Shown here: piece by piece, positions 63,361-64,000 of the stretch
Position numbering within the stretch: position 1 is the stretch's first letter
Layout: each line of letters opens with the position of its first letter
Assembly: GCA_028023455.1 (NCBI GenBank)
Contig: JAQFVV010000002.1
Span: 3,596,001 to 3,660,000, forward strand
Direction: 5' to 3'
Length of the DNA stretch: 64,000 bases
DNA from: Epiperipatus broadwayi
Taxonomy: Eukaryota > Animalia > Onychophora
Program-made: the position numbers and the translations under genes
The notes under the pieces: model-generated
Database searches by the model: none
Told to the model about the DNA's origin: nothing
What the model saw: the letters and a program-made list of their open reading frames with translations, nothing else

Positions 63361-64000
63361 ACAGTAAGGTCTGCTTTGCAGATCTTCGTTTCACCTTTTC
63401 TCACCTACTTCCTACCCTCATACCTTAGTTTAAACCCCAATCTATCATAGTGTGTCTGCAATACACGTATATACCGAAAATCCCGCCTAATTTTAAACCA
63501 CGAGCACAATGCTCGTATTATATATATATAACTTATTCCCAAATAAAATAAAATATTATGAATTATGTATTTGTTCACATAATTTACATTTATTAAAAAG
63601 TAAGTTATATAAGTTGTAATTGCGCACACACTATGATATGCATTTTAAAACATATCAAAATTATAAATTGTTAAAGTTATTTTGTTTGAATCTATTTACA
63701 AATATATTACTGTCGTAATATATTTTGATTTAGAATAAAATTCATTTAGTAAATATTCGTTTAGTAGATAGATTCAAATATTACAATTTAAAATAAAATA
63801 ATTTTCATTTTATTTAATAAAAATCATCCCAAATATTTCTGTTAAAATAAATGAGGGACAATAGTTTAATTATATAAGTTTATCTAAAAACAGCAGCTGT
63901 CCACTTAAGTTTTCTTTAATTAGTAGCAGTAATTTTAATTAAATCTAGTTTGTAATTCGAATGTCGATGGGGAAGTTAACAAAAGAAATTAATTAATGTT

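Noticed and set aside
8592-63629. Most short ORFs in the supplied track (e.g. 8592-8855, 14654-14935, 29071-29355, 42567-42818, 59514-60050)
   Set aside because: These are low-complexity I/F/Y/K/N-rich products expected in very AT-rich DNA, antisense shadows of TE ORFs, or translations of non-coding family A repeats.
1-64000. CRISPR arrays, rRNA, prokaryotic operons
   Set aside because: There are no regularly spaced identical repeats with unique spacers and no rRNA-like segments. The content is typical of a eukaryotic repeat-rich region.

Overview
Very AT-rich, CpG-depleted eukaryotic (probably invertebrate) genomic DNA. It is mostly intronic or intergenic and is packed with decayed mobile elements. 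These include two Penelope-like elements (PLEs; RT + GIY-YIG), four RTE-clade LINE relics, a near full-length but frameshifted L1/Tx1-clade LINE, an internally deleted Ty3/gypsy-like LTR element plus a separate integrase relic, tRNA-Gly-derived SINEs and a hAT-like MITE. There are only a few low-confidence host exons and no intact host gene could be named. The main signal is RNA-structural. (1) Repeat family A has at least 8 copies. It carries a canonical type I short-stem-III hammerhead ribozyme (intact at 59821-59890) and repeatedly occurs as head-to-head inverted pairs. (2) A second hammerhead-like fold has the CUGANGA core replaced by AURAAUAU. It occurs in two sequence-unrelated contexts: the 3' end of the PLE at 11.0-12.3 kb and both arms of a 275-bp palindrome at 5.2-5.5 kb. 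Stems I, II and III differ in sequence between these contexts but all still pair. All alignments, translations and folds were done by eye; no searches or folding programs were run.
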